Source: an uncultured virus (IMG/VR IMGVR_UViG_3300024240_000003) | Taxonomy: Duplodnaviria; Heunggongvirae; Uroviricota; Caudoviricetes | Reading direction: 5' to 3' (one strand) | DNA length: 64,000 nucleotides | Virus record (IMG/VR): IMGVR_UViG_3300024240_000003 | Shown: one piece after another, positions 48,191 to 57,974 of the stretch | Layout of the letters: every line of letters begins with the position of its first letter | How positions within the stretch are numbered: the stretch's first letter is position 1 | The notes under the pieces: generated by a model | Seen by the model: the letters and a program-made list of their open reading frames with translations, nothing else | What the model was told of the DNA's origin: nothing | Database searches by the model: none | Made by a program: the position numbers and the translations under genes

Positions 48191-48853
48191 TTATTTTTTA
48201 CCAATCCCTAAAGTTTCGCAGTAATAATTCGCAATTTTAAAACAATTTATCTCAAAAGATCCTTTACCGTCATATTCCTTAAAACCTGACATTATTTGCT
48301 CGTCTAATATTATTCCGCCGTCCATAGGCATGCCGGTAAAGCAGTTAAGCTTCATGCTCTTTTCTTCTGTATCTACCTCCAGTGAACACGCATCTCCATC
48401 CGGACAAATGTATAAAGTCGAATAATATTCCGTTTTGCTGTCTTTACTCGCACTTTTCATCCAGCCACACTTTTCGTCAACTAAATCCTTAATTTCCTTA
48501 CCCAATTGCCCAAAATCTAAAATAGCAGCAGCATGTTGAATGTCCTTTATTGTAAAATATTTAAACTTTCGCAAGAAATATTCGAAATGGAATTTATTAA
48601 ACACAAACATCGTGTTGAGAATTTTATCGTGATCCATAACAGATACTGCAACCGGACAATTGAATTCTTCCAATGCTCTGCTGTTTATTAAAGCATCAAT
48701 ATCTTTAAAACATTTTCCCACCTCATTATCGGGTCTCTCCAATAAATAATTCCCTGCCGGAATCTTAATCGTATTCCCATTCGGCAGCATATAAAAAGGA
48801 AATTCGTCAGTTCTCATATTTTTATTATTTTTATTTTTATAAAAACCCTTCAA
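48191..48853 (-). CDS. Hypothetical protein
   Basis: ORF; true start may be the MRTDEF ATG. Confidence 0.55.
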   Translation of the reverse strand: MKGFYKNKNNKNMRTDEFPFYMLPNGNTIKIPAGNYLLERPDNEVGKCFKDIDALINSRALEEFNCPVAVSVMDHDKILNTMFVFNKFHFEYFLRKFKYFTIKDIQHAAAILDFGQLGKEIKDLVDEKCGWMKSASKDSKTEYYSTLYICPDGDACSLEVDTEEKSMKLNCFTGMPMDGGIILDEQIMSGFKEYDGKGSFEINCFKIANYYCETLGIGKK

Positions 48854-49064
48854 ATAGCATTTTCACTCTCCCACACTTCTTGCAAGTTGCATTCGGCTCA
48901 TCAGCCAGCCCTTCGCTTTCATTCACCTTTATTTCCGCATCGGCTTTCACAAACCGCCCGCACTTCTCACATACGGGAATGAATACAGCTCCGTAACTGT
49001 CCTCAGTTGCCCCGTAACTTATCCTCCTTGCCCCTTCATAACTGTAATCCATTGAATGTGCCAC
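48837..49064 (-). CDS. Small Zn-finger protein
   Basis: CEKCGRF...CKKCG. Confidence 0.55.
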   Translation of the reverse strand: MAHSMDYSYEGARRISYGATEDSYGAVFIPVCEKCGRFVKADAEIKVNESEGLADEPNATCKKCGRVKMLFEGFL

Positions 49065-49065
49065 G

Positions 49066-49308
49066 TTATACCTTTTTCTTTAAAATTCTTATCTGATATT
49101 CTTCCCATTCCGCAACATTCATATTTTCCATACCTTCAAATACTTCATTCAGGTACTCCTCCGCTTCCTTATCTATATCAAACCAATCTATGTTCCGGAG
49201 CGCCCATACAACATATTTATGGTCCTCCTCGATTAATGTCTTTAAATCCAGTCCCTTGTATTTCCCAAAAGTTATTTTGTCCTCTAATAATATTTTTTTA
49301 TTACTCAC
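49066..49308 (-). CDS. Small FGKYKG-motif protein (DUF3820/ExoX C-terminal-like)
   Basis: ITFGKYKG....L....Y..W. Confidence 0.6.
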   Translation of the reverse strand: MSNKKILLEDKITFGKYKGLDLKTLIEEDHKYVVWALRNIDWFDIDKEAEEYLNEVFEGMENMNVAEWEEYQIRILKKKV

Positions 49309-49370
49309 GTTTTATCTGTTTTTAAAATTAAAAAATCATAGCTCTTTCATAACAATCATAAAAATCAGTG

Positions 49371-49823
49371 TCAAAAAGTTCTTATTTTTATTAATTTAAT
49401 TTCTTCCGGTGTTAATCTTCTGAGTCCGAGCGACCCCTTCCAGGGAATTGGTTCTATTTCTGTTACATCTTCAAATATCCAGCTGAACAAACCAGGGAAA
49501 TAAGTAACAAATGCTTTCTCCGAATCCTCCGGGCGCATAGGACGGCAATTTATTAAATCTCCGATTGCAAACGCTGTCCCAGGGCGTTCCAGAACATCAA
49601 GATTTATAACTTCATTAAATATTTTTTCATAAACCTCATATCCGGAGATGTCTATGATATCATTTGAATTATAACTTTTTTTACTTGCCGCCATTAATAT
49701 CGGTCCACGGTAATCCGTTTCCCAGACTCTTGTTTCGATTTTATTATGAGGCGGCAACATTAAACTTCCGAATGGTTCCTTCCAGCTGAGAACTCTTATT
49801 TCTTTTCCGATTAACTCAATCAT
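49371..49823 (-). CDS. ASCH domain protein
   Basis: LSWKEPFGSL...K.IETR.W...YRG.I...A; P..KGSLGL. Confidence 0.85.
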   Translation of the reverse strand: MIELIGKEIRVLSWKEPFGSLMLPPHNKIETRVWETDYRGPILMAASKKSYNSNDIIDISGYEVYEKIFNEVINLDVLERPGTAFAIGDLINCRPMRPEDSEKAFVTYFPGLFSWIFEDVTEIEPIPWKGSLGLRRLTPEEIKLIKIRTF

Positions 49824-52138
49824 TTTACTCCTTTCGCTTTTTTCTTCTCTTCTTTCTTCGGCTCCAATAATTCCAGTTGCTCTTTTTCCGCTTTCTTTAT
49901 ATCGATGTTGAATATCTTTGCGAATGATTTTATCGGGTCGTATTCCAGCGCATCTGCTTTTACGCCCCTGTCATAAAATTCTACTTTCTGCCATAGTACC
50001 AATTTGAAATAAAATTTAATCAAATCATCCGGTTCAACCTTTTTTAATTGCTTATACACAAATCCGTCGTAATCCCTGTAATTTGTATTAAAAGTACCGC
50101 CTTCTGCCGGTACTTCCCATTTATTGAATTTGCAAATCTTAACTAAGCTATCGTGACTGATTTGCATTATTGCAATCTTGCAGAGAATAAAAAGCCCCTC
50201 CGGAAAGAGTAAATCTCTATCCTTGAATAACATCGCCGCTTTCTCTGATACATCTTCAATCACAGTAAATCTTGCATTGAGTTCTGCCTGCTCTTTTCTT
50301 GTATCAGCTCTCTTTTTTTGTAAATCTTTTTTTCGTTCCTCTGACTGTGAACCAGGTGCATCCTTCGCCGTGCTTATATATACCACATTTCCAAGTTTCT
50401 TTTTATCGATATCATAATTATTTATATCTACTATGAGTGCTTTCTTTGCTCCCGGGTCGGTTTTCTTGCAAATTGTATAATGATTCGTATCAATAATTCC
50501 TTTGTCCTTTAAATCCTTATCGATTTGGTGCGCTGTAGATATCGGTATGAACTCTTCTTTCTTGTCAATTAATTTTTTTGTTTCTGCCGCAAGATGTAAT
50601 TTCATTTTTTCGTTAAAACATTTCGGGTCCGTGCAGAATTTATCTTTCGAATATTCCGGGAAGAGCTGATTGCTGCATGCAGTATTTTTATGACAGTCCA
50701 CACATGCTGCAGCTCTGACATCTAACTTTGCATCTTTCAAATCAAACGGTGCATTCTTTAAATCCTGATAAACATTATCCTTTATGAATTCTTCAATCGT
50801 GGATGGATTTAGTGACTTCAAATCTTCTTCTTCCATGTCCTTAATATTATTCCAATTATCACCTTCAAATTCATCATAGATCTTTTTCTGGAATTCTTTT
50901 GTTTGTCTGCAGATTACACGGGCAACCGCAAATGTAATTAAATCCTTTTCAAACAATTCCACGAATTCATTAATCAGTTGATTCAAACGCAATCGCGTAT
51001 ATACATACTTCTCTGATTTCCCAATTTTTTCCGCTAAAGCCTCAACTGTATATTTACCGGAGTTTAAAAGCGACTGGTAACCGATAGCCTCATCCATCGG
51101 ATGAATATCCTTCCTCTGTAGATTTTCAATTAACTGTACTTCCATAACCTGCTCATCTGTAAATTCCCTGATGAGTACCGGTACCTTATTCAAACCTGCA
51201 ATCTTCGCCGCTCTTAATCTTCGCGCTCCAAATACCAGTTCATATTCTGATGCCGGATTTAATGAATTCTTTCTTATCGTTAGTGGTTGCAATATTCCGT
51301 AGCTCTTTATGCTCTCAGCAAGCTCTTTAATTTCCGTTTCATTAAAATTCCGCCTCTGGTTTGTCCGTGACTCAGTAATCTTTGAAATATCAATAAACTG
51401 AAAAACTGACGAAGATATCTTAATACTTGATTGTTTCGAGACTGTCATCCCGTGGTGATCCTGCACGATCGCTCTTTGCTCTTGATCCCGACTTGTCGGG
51501 AGATCTCCTGCCACTGCTCTTCGCTTCCCTGCGTCCGCAGCCTTGCATTCATTTATTAATTTCTCATTTTCTGCCGTCACCTTCACAATCACAAATTTCT
51601 GATTCTTACTCCTTATTCCCTCAATCCCGCAGGTCATGCAATCGTAAGTTACAATATCTCCATCCACCTCTTTAATATCGAAGACGTGTACTCCATCTTT
51701 TATCGCAAGAAGTTCTGTCTTATTTATTCCATCAATTATATCGTTTGGATTAGTATGAACTTCCATTCCCACCGCCGATGGCTTTACAGTTTTGGTTTTT
51801 AATGCTTCATTCGTAAATGCTTCAGGTTCTTTTTGCTTCTGCAGTTGCAATTGCTTTTTTTCCCAGTTCTTCTGGTCTTTCTCCACGATTTCTTCTATCT
51901 TTTTCCCCATGATAATTTGATTTGAATTAATTAAATATTTTTTTAAATGTGAAAAATTCTCATTTGAATTAATAATGTCATACCACGTCTTTAATCTTTC
52001 CACTTGCTCTTTTGCTGGTTGCTTTAATCCGCAGACCTGCCCGGTATTACATGGAACTTTACATTTCTTGCAACACCCATCACATTCCGAACTGAAGTGA
52101 CACATCATACATATTTCTTTTCTTGTTGGTATATGCAT
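49820..52138 (-). CDS. ParB/Spo0J family protein with Cys-rich extensions
   Basis: ELAESIKSYGILQPL...GARRLRAA...ENLQRKDIHPMDEA. Confidence 0.88.
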   Translation of the reverse strand: MHIPTRKEICMMCHFSSECDGCCKKCKVPCNTGQVCGLKQPAKEQVERLKTWYDIINSNENFSHLKKYLINSNQIIMGKKIEEIVEKDQKNWEKKQLQLQKQKEPEAFTNEALKTKTVKPSAVGMEVHTNPNDIIDGINKTELLAIKDGVHVFDIKEVDGDIVTYDCMTCGIEGIRSKNQKFVIVKVTAENEKLINECKAADAGKRRAVAGDLPTSRDQEQRAIVQDHHGMTVSKQSSIKISSSVFQFIDISKITESRTNQRRNFNETEIKELAESIKSYGILQPLTIRKNSLNPASEYELVFGARRLRAAKIAGLNKVPVLIREFTDEQVMEVQLIENLQRKDIHPMDEAIGYQSLLNSGKYTVEALAEKIGKSEKYVYTRLRLNQLINEFVELFEKDLITFAVARVICRQTKEFQKKIYDEFEGDNWNNIKDMEEEDLKSLNPSTIEEFIKDNVYQDLKNAPFDLKDAKLDVRAAACVDCHKNTACSNQLFPEYSKDKFCTDPKCFNEKMKLHLAAETKKLIDKKEEFIPISTAHQIDKDLKDKGIIDTNHYTICKKTDPGAKKALIVDINNYDIDKKKLGNVVYISTAKDAPGSQSEERKKDLQKKRADTRKEQAELNARFTVIEDVSEKAAMLFKDRDLLFPEGLFILCKIAIMQISHDSLVKICKFNKWEVPAEGGTFNTNYRDYDGFVYKQLKKVEPDDLIKFYFKLVLWQKVEFYDRGVKADALEYDPIKSFAKIFNIDIKKAEKEQLELLEPKKEEKKKAKGVK

Positions 52139-52140
52139 AT

Positions 52141-52998
52141 CTAAATTATTTTAAGCTCTTCTGGCCATTCCCTAACCTGCAAATCCTTTGGAAATTCTTT
52201 GATATCTTTATAAAGTTTTAATTTTGCATTTTTATCAAATTTATGAATCTGTTTGATAAATAAAGGTACTTTCGCCTCTTTACAATCTCTGGCAATTTGT
52301 AATATCCACCCTAAATTACAATATCTCATCTTTGGACCTGATTCTGCACCGACAATTACCCAATCAATCTTATCCATCTTGTTTTCTTCGTCTATTCTAT
52401 CGGCATCCTGGTCGTATATTTCCCCTGTTAAACAGTTAAGAATATCAATTTTATCTATCTCAATCTGTTTAAGCCAGGTTTGCCCCACCAAAGGCTCTAA
52501 GCTCAAAACCTTCTTCCCCGGTACCTGAAGAAGAATCGGAATCATCCTATCCGCATCATCCCGAGTAGATATCGATGCCCCTACAAAAAGATTTTTCAAG
52601 GGTTCATTACTGACAGGATTATAACAGGCTTTTTCATAAAATTCTTTCATTCTCTCCACACGCTTAGTCAATAAAATAAATTTATGTCTGTCATAATTTT
52701 TCCCCGAGGCTAAATGCATATGCGCATATACACTTTCAATGAATTCAAACGGCACCTTCTCGTGAAACAAATCCCCCATACTGTCCACAAACCAGACAGC
52801 AGGCTTCTTCACCTTAAGAGGAATGTTCAGCCTCTCCGGATGAACCTGCACGTCACAAAAATCCCTTTCCTTCCACATTCCCATTTTCCGTCTTGCGAAA
52901 CTCTCCGCATAACAGTTCTGACACCCCGCCGCTACCTTCGTGCATCCCGTCACCGGGTTCCAAACACTCTCCGTCCACGCTATCTTCGTTTTTCCCAT
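52141..52998 (-). CDS. Phage Gp37/Gp68 (DUF5131) radical-SAM-like protein
   Basis: WNPVTGCTKV..GCQNCYA; SMGDLFHE; WVIVGAESG. Confidence 0.88.
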   Translation of the reverse strand: MGKTKIAWTESVWNPVTGCTKVAAGCQNCYAESFARRKMGMWKERDFCDVQVHPERLNIPLKVKKPAVWFVDSMGDLFHEKVPFEFIESVYAHMHLASGKNYDRHKFILLTKRVERMKEFYEKACYNPVSNEPLKNLFVGASISTRDDADRMIPILLQVPGKKVLSLEPLVGQTWLKQIEIDKIDILNCLTGEIYDQDADRIDEENKMDKIDWVIVGAESGPKMRYCNLGWILQIARDCKEAKVPLFIKQIHKFDKNAKLKLYKDIKEFPKDLQVREWPEELKII

Positions 52999-53002
52999 AA
53001 TT

Positions 53003-53311
53003 TTATATAGCCTCTCTGTTATTTATTTCCGTAATTATTGTCGAATGAAATAAACTTAATTGTTCCTCAGAAACGTCACTGTCGGATATTTTTATTTTTA
53101 AAATAAGAGCATTTTCTTTATCTGGCTCCAAGGGTTTAAAATTTAATCCGATATTATACAATTTATCGGTATCGAATTTTATATTTTTATCGATAATAGC
53201 GGAAAATAAATCTTCGATGATTTTTACGACTTTATCATCTTTCTTAATATCAATTAATTTTACTTTGTAACTATTGTCAAGTTGTGTACTGTAAGACTCT
53301 AACTTTGCCAT
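53003..53311 (-). CDS. Hypothetical protein
   Basis: ORF in operon context. Confidence 0.5.
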   Translation of the reverse strand: MAKLESYSTQLDNSYKVKLIDIKKDDKVVKIIEDLFSAIIDKNIKFDTDKLYNIGLNFKPLEPDKENALILKIKISDSDVSEEQLSLFHSTIITEINNREAI

Positions 53312-53396
53312 TTTTCTTAATTTAAATTTATAAAAAGGTTTTTGTTCTGCTCTTCCTCTGTGTATCTCCGTGGTACAGCTCTTTATTCATAATTCC

Positions 53397-53957
53397 CTAC
53401 GCTGCCATTTTCACCGCTCTTACCACATTCTCCAGCTTCTCGTGTATCACCTTCTGTACTCTCTCATTCCTCTTTACCTCGATATCCGTAATTATTCCGC
53501 TTTCTCTCGATTCATATACAAGTATCCCCGATTCTTTTTCCATATAAAGCATATATCCCTGTATTTGAAAATATACCTTCCTCGGTATGTCACTCTTTAA
53601 CGGCAACCAGTCATCCATTAATACAGATTTTATATCCCCGGGAAAGCCGTTCATTAAAAAATCCGGATGCCCTTTTACAATCCCGCCGAAAGCCGTAATC
53701 TCTATATCTTTCTCAAATCTGGTCGTTATCTTTCCCCCGAAAACCTGCTTTAATCTTACTAACAAATCCTTCTCCATTTGATACCCTTTGTAGCATTTTA
53801 ACCGTATAATCTCAGAGTCCGTAAACCCTTCCCTGTACATTTTTATCAGTTGCCCCTCTTCCAGTCCCACATGCGAAAGCGAAATGTAATTTCTTTCTGT
53901 ATCAAAATTGCTGTTCTCCATTGTGTATTTTCTCAATAACTGTGTCACGTAACTCAT
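53397..53957 (-). CDS. PD-(D/E)xK (Cas4/RecB-like) nuclease
   Basis: GHPD......DIKS...QIQGYM. Confidence 0.7.
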   Translation of the reverse strand: MSYVTQLLRKYTMENSNFDTERNYISLSHVGLEEGQLIKMYREGFTDSEIIRLKCYKGYQMEKDLLVRLKQVFGGKITTRFEKDIEITAFGGIVKGHPDFLMNGFPGDIKSVLMDDWLPLKSDIPRKVYFQIQGYMLYMEKESGILVYESRESGIITDIEVKRNERVQKVIHEKLENVVRAVKMAA

Positions 53958-53984
53958 TTACCCTCCGAATTTTTATAATTTTTT

Positions 53985-54863
53985 TTAAATTGACTGATAA
54001 TAAACTACGTTATAATGATTCGTTAATAATTCTTTGATTTTATCCTGCTCCTCTTTCTCCAGTGTTATAAATTCAGACTTTTTTGAAAGCAAATTATTGT
54101 ATGCTTCACATTCTTGCGCATTTTTTAATTTCATAATTTCAGTTTTCAATCTCTCCCCCGTTTCTGATAATTCCGAATCTGTCGACCCATCACCCGGCAT
54201 CGTTATATATTCCCTCCAGGTATCCGGATTGAAAAAGGTTTTGCCCAGCTTTATAAATTGCCGTTGTATTTTTGCCGAATAAATGAACTTTTTGTAATTG
54301 CTCATCGCAGTAAAAAAGTCCTTCAAATCTTGCTCGGAATTAATGGATTGTTGGAAGTGCTCCCACGCTACTTTTTTTCCCATCGGATTCGGATATAAGT
54401 TCCACGCTCTTAAAAAATCTTTTTCCTGAACTATATATATATTACTTGTATTATTGTTATTAAATGTATGTAGTGAACTTTGTTCACTTTTTAAGTGAAC
54501 TTTGTTCACTTTTTTAGTGAACTTTGTTCGCTTTTTAGTTGGTTCAAATTGTGAACTTTGTTCACTTTTTATAATAGCCTTGTCATACCACTTATCAGTG
54601 ACTTTCCTGAGATGTCCTTTCTTTTCTAAAAATCCTTGAATTTCCAATTTAGCTTCAATCTTATTCACACCTTCCCGGGTGAATCCAATTAAATCGGCAA
54701 TTTTAATTTGATTGATGCTGCACCATCCGCTCTTATTCTTCGGATTGGAAGAGAGGTGATAAATGATATCCAGAACGCAATACTCATTGCACGTTAGCCC
54801 CAGTTCCTTCCTGGCTGTATGATTTATCGTTGTATAATTAACTGTAAAATCCTTTTCGCTCAT
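53985..54863 (-). CDS. Replication initiator protein (N-terminal wHTH)
   Basis: HTH, internal iterons, F..AW..YP..GK..A C-terminal domain. Confidence 0.75.
   Translation of the reverse strand: MSEKDFTVNYTTINHTARKELGLTCNEYCVLDIIYHLSSNPKNKSGWCSINQIKIADLIGFTREGVNKIEAKLEIQGFLEKKGHLRKVTDKWYDKAIIKSEQSSQFEPTKKRTKFTKKVNKVHLKSEQSSLHTFNNNNTSNIYIVQEKDFLRAWNLYPNPMGKKVAWEHFQQSINSEQDLKDFFTAMSNYKKFIYSAKIQRQFIKLGKTFFNPDTWREYITMPGDGSTDSELSETGERLKTEIMKLKNAQECEAYNNLLSKKSEFITLEKEEQDKIKELLTNHYNVVYYQSI
54472..54570. repeat. Iterons / probable phage origin
   Basis: Four copies of GTGAACTTTGTTC(A/G)CTTTT, three at a 22-bp period, next to an AT-rich tract. Confidence 0.8.
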
Positions 54864-55082
54864 AATTATTTTTAAAATTCTGTGTTTATCCTGTTAAATC
54901 CGAGTATATCATTAGCTGATTTCTCCTCCGGTCCCTGAACCTTGAATAACTCATCAATCCACTTCTTCTCTGCCTTCCTTTGCTCCTCTGTGGTAGTGTG
55001 CTTCCTCTTCCCACCCTTTATCTTTGTTCTTATCTTTTTCATTTTGTCATCCCCGCTTCAAGCTCTTAATTTTTTTAAAAAA

Positions 55083-55559
55083 TCATTTTTTATCATAAGA
55101 ATCAGCGCGATCAGCATAAAAAAATTTTAAATATCCCGTCACAACTTCAATGAATTCTTCTAAACTGTAAATTACTTTTGCTTTATATCCCGAAAAGTTT
55201 AAGTACTTTATCCATTCTTTCTGTTCCTTTGAAATCGTTCCTCCCGGTCTTTTAACTTCAATGTATAGTCCATGACATTTTCCTATTGCCGTCGGTAAAC
55301 ATAAATCAGGGACTCCCGGATTCAATCCTTCTTCTTTAAGCTTCTTTGCAGAGTTTGATATCCAGATATCTTTTTTCTTTTTTGCATCCCATACCTTGCT
55401 CTTTACCAGATTTCCTCCGTTTGGAATTGCGTATATCCATTGGAGAACAGGATAATTCCCTTCGTTCCACCTGCACCAGTCAATACAAGCACTCTGAATC
55501 GAGTGTTCATCATTATCTAAAATTTTATTATTTTTTATTATTATTTTTCTTCGACTCAT
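55083..55559 (-). CDS. VRR-NUC nuclease
   Basis: EHSIQ...AIPNGG...GVPDL...LYIEVK...Q..W. Confidence 0.85.
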   Translation of the reverse strand: MSRRKIIIKNNKILDNDEHSIQSACIDWCRWNEGNYPVLQWIYAIPNGGNLVKSKVWDAKKKKDIWISNSAKKLKEEGLNPGVPDLCLPTAIGKCHGLYIEVKRPGGTISKEQKEWIKYLNFSGYKAKVIYSLEEFIEVVTGYLKFFYADRADSYDKK

Positions 55560-55560
55560 T

Positions 55561-55800
55561 TTAAACTTGACTCCAATCATATTCTGCAAATTCTCTGCAA
55601 TCATCACACATAAAAGTATCTGTGGATGGCTTTCCGCAGCACTGACATAATGTTATCAGTGAGAGATTCTTCGGAATTGGCTCATAAAAAATATTAGAGA
55701 TATCGACCAATCTTCTTAACTCGAGTATACATGCAATAAATTTTTGTCGTCTCGAAGGTTTGTTAATTCCGCTACTCTGAAGTTGTTTGTTAAATGACAT
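55561..55800 (-). CDS. Small Zn-finger protein
   Basis: CQCCG.....MCDDC. Confidence 0.5.
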   Translation of the reverse strand: MSFNKQLQSSGINKPSRRQKFIACILELRRLVDISNIFYEPIPKNLSLITLCQCCGKPSTDTFMCDDCREFAEYDWSQV

Positions 55801-55819
55801 AATCGTTTAATTTTATGAA

Positions 55820-56899
55820 TTAAAGAACATAATCGTTAATATCAATTTCCTCAGTACCCTTTGTGGTATAAGGCTTTTCGCTTTTACCATTTGCGTTCTT
55901 TGCATCCCGATGTTCTACATATCGGGATTCCGATATGCCGGAACCCAGCAAATCATCCACACATATCTTCTCCAGCTCCTTCGTTTTCTCCGTCATATAA
56001 AATTTTATTACCTTCTTCTCCTCCTTTGAATATGTTCCGTTCGAATTGTTCAGCTCTATCCTCATACTTTCATATTCATCTTTATTGGTTATCTTCCCAA
56101 TCAATTCCTTTACCTTGATTAATTTATTTACATCTTTTCCGGAAGATTTTATTTCGAGGGTAGGTTTGCCTTCTGTAATCTCCAGTGGTATATTTCCATC
56201 TGTAATTTCAAGAGGAGCAATATCTCCGAGATCAGAAGCACCCGCTAACATCGCATTTCTGTGTTTCCCAGGTTCAAGTTTCCAGAAAGTGCATTTCTTT
56301 TCTCCGTTATATCCTACTTCTACCCATATTACCCACGGCAATCCAAGAAGAATCTTTTGTCTTAATTTTAATTGTGTCCATATATGATCACCATTATTCT
56401 TGGAAGTGGTTTTGAAGCGGATTAGATTGTTTGTTATTATTCCTCCTGTAACCGGATTTGCAATAAAAGCATAAAACTGCACATCATGCCTGCATTCACA
56501 TTTGGGCCATTGGCATTCATAATCATTTCCCGGCTCGTATATCCTGCCGTTGCCGTATGGTCCGTCATTCCCCTTTTCATCCTGCTGCTTGAATCTTACA
56601 AAGAATTTCTTACCGTCACATACTCTTTTTGTTTTATGATTGCTTCCCCATGTTACTCGGCGGTACGTAAAGAAATGTTCTAAAATATTTGAAGGAAAAT
56701 AAATTACAAGTTTATCGGGCTGATTTCCATAATGTGCTTTAATTTCCGGATATTCATCTACATTGAAATATTCGAGTGATTCACCTTCAGGAATCCCATT
56801 CGCTCTTATTTTCCCGGTCGGTCTTCCTGAAGTTATTGGTCTCCGTCTGTCAACTCCAAAATTAACGGCAATGCAGGATTCATCTAAAATTAGTCCCAT
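55820..56899 (-). CDS. Gp3-like / recombination-associated protein
   Basis: G.P..LEYF...YG.QP..L.I.FP...CDG...C..C.C...F.TTS.N pattern. Confidence 0.55.
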   Translation of the reverse strand: MGLILDESCIAVNFGVDRRRPITSGRPTGKIRANGIPEGESLEYFNVDEYPEIKAHYGNQPDKLVIYFPSNILEHFFTYRRVTWGSNHKTKRVCDGKKFFVRFKQQDEKGNDGPYGNGRIYEPGNDYECQWPKCECRHDVQFYAFIANPVTGGIITNNLIRFKTTSKNNGDHIWTQLKLRQKILLGLPWVIWVEVGYNGEKKCTFWKLEPGKHRNAMLAGASDLGDIAPLEITDGNIPLEITEGKPTLEIKSSGKDVNKLIKVKELIGKITNKDEYESMRIELNNSNGTYSKEEKKVIKFYMTEKTKELEKICVDDLLGSGISESRYVEHRDAKNANGKSEKPYTTKGTEEIDINDYVL

Positions 56900-56927
56900 T
56901 TCTTCCCCTTGAATTTAATATATCAGT

Positions 56928-57596
56928 TTAAAATGTAGAGAGTAATATCCTCTCGTTATTAGTTAATTCCCTGTGAGTTTCTTCGAATTGCTTCTTAGGA
57001 CACCATGATTCGTAAGGCTTGTTAGCTTCTATACTGTAAATAACCTGATATCCTTCCACTTCTTCTAAAATCTTGCCGCCGTTTCTATAAAATTGTTTAT
57101 TTGTCATTTCCAGCGCCGCTACAATCTTTGACCCTATATATGGATATAAGATTATTCCTGATGCAACAGGTAGAGGAATATCGAAGAATACTTGTCTGTA
57201 AGCATTTTCGAATTCTTCTTTCGGACTCCACGATGTGTAACCGCCACTGTAATTTATAAGGTATCCCGGTCGGTCTTCCCGATTTTCCGGATTCTTTGAA
57301 TGGAATTTTAACTCGCTAATCTCTCCGGCATATATAAGTTTTGTCGCAATAAAGATTCTGGGAATCGATTTTATCGCTTCTGTTGATTCGTTTACTAAAT
57401 CATCTTCGTTATCTCTTAAAATGTCAGCATCATCAAATTTTCTCATAAATGCCGGTATGTATTCTGTATCTTCGGGTTTGTCCGGAATTACCCCTGTTTC
57501 ATTATCCTGTGCCCCTGAGCCTGCTTTGATTGTATCCGGTCCCAAGCCCTGTAGACTTTTATCATTTTCGTTGGGAACTTTATTTTTTTCTTCCAT
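56928..57596 (-). CDS. Tandem GY-x-x-x-Y...SW-x-PK domain protein, candidate nucleotide sponge
   Basis: GYLINYSGGYTSWSPKEEFENAY and GYQVIY...YESWCPKKQFEETH. Confidence 0.6.
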   Translation of the reverse strand: MEEKNKVPNENDKSLQGLGPDTIKAGSGAQDNETGVIPDKPEDTEYIPAFMRKFDDADILRDNEDDLVNESTEAIKSIPRIFIATKLIYAGEISELKFHSKNPENREDRPGYLINYSGGYTSWSPKEEFENAYRQVFFDIPLPVASGIILYPYIGSKIVAALEMTNKQFYRNGGKILEEVEGYQVIYSIEANKPYESWCPKKQFEETHRELTNNERILLSTF

Positions 57597-57974
57597 AATA
57601 TTTTTATTTAAATTTTAAAAAAAGTTCTTAAACTTATAAAATGTACAGGCAGAAATCTACTAACGTTTCTCCTGTTTGCAGAGCCTCACGGTTCAAGCGA
57701 ATATTGACTCAACAAACACTGTTTCAGGCTTAAATCTAATTTTTATTTAATACTTTTTTATGTTTTCGAACTACATTTTAATATAATTGGTGATTTAAGT
57801 GACTTCTTACCTGTACCTTATTTTAAAAAACATGTATTGCTCTTAATTTTCAATTCCGAAAAAAAAAATTAATTAAACGATTATTAGAGCAATTAAGAAA
57901 AGTAGTACAACTGTCCCGAAAACTAACAAATATGGATTTCTCATAACCTCTCCTTGCGTTTTTAGTTTATAAAA

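Noticed and set aside
54472..54570. CRISPR-like array near a Cas4-like gene
   Set aside because: The repeats have no unique spacers and lie within the initiator gene; they fit iterons
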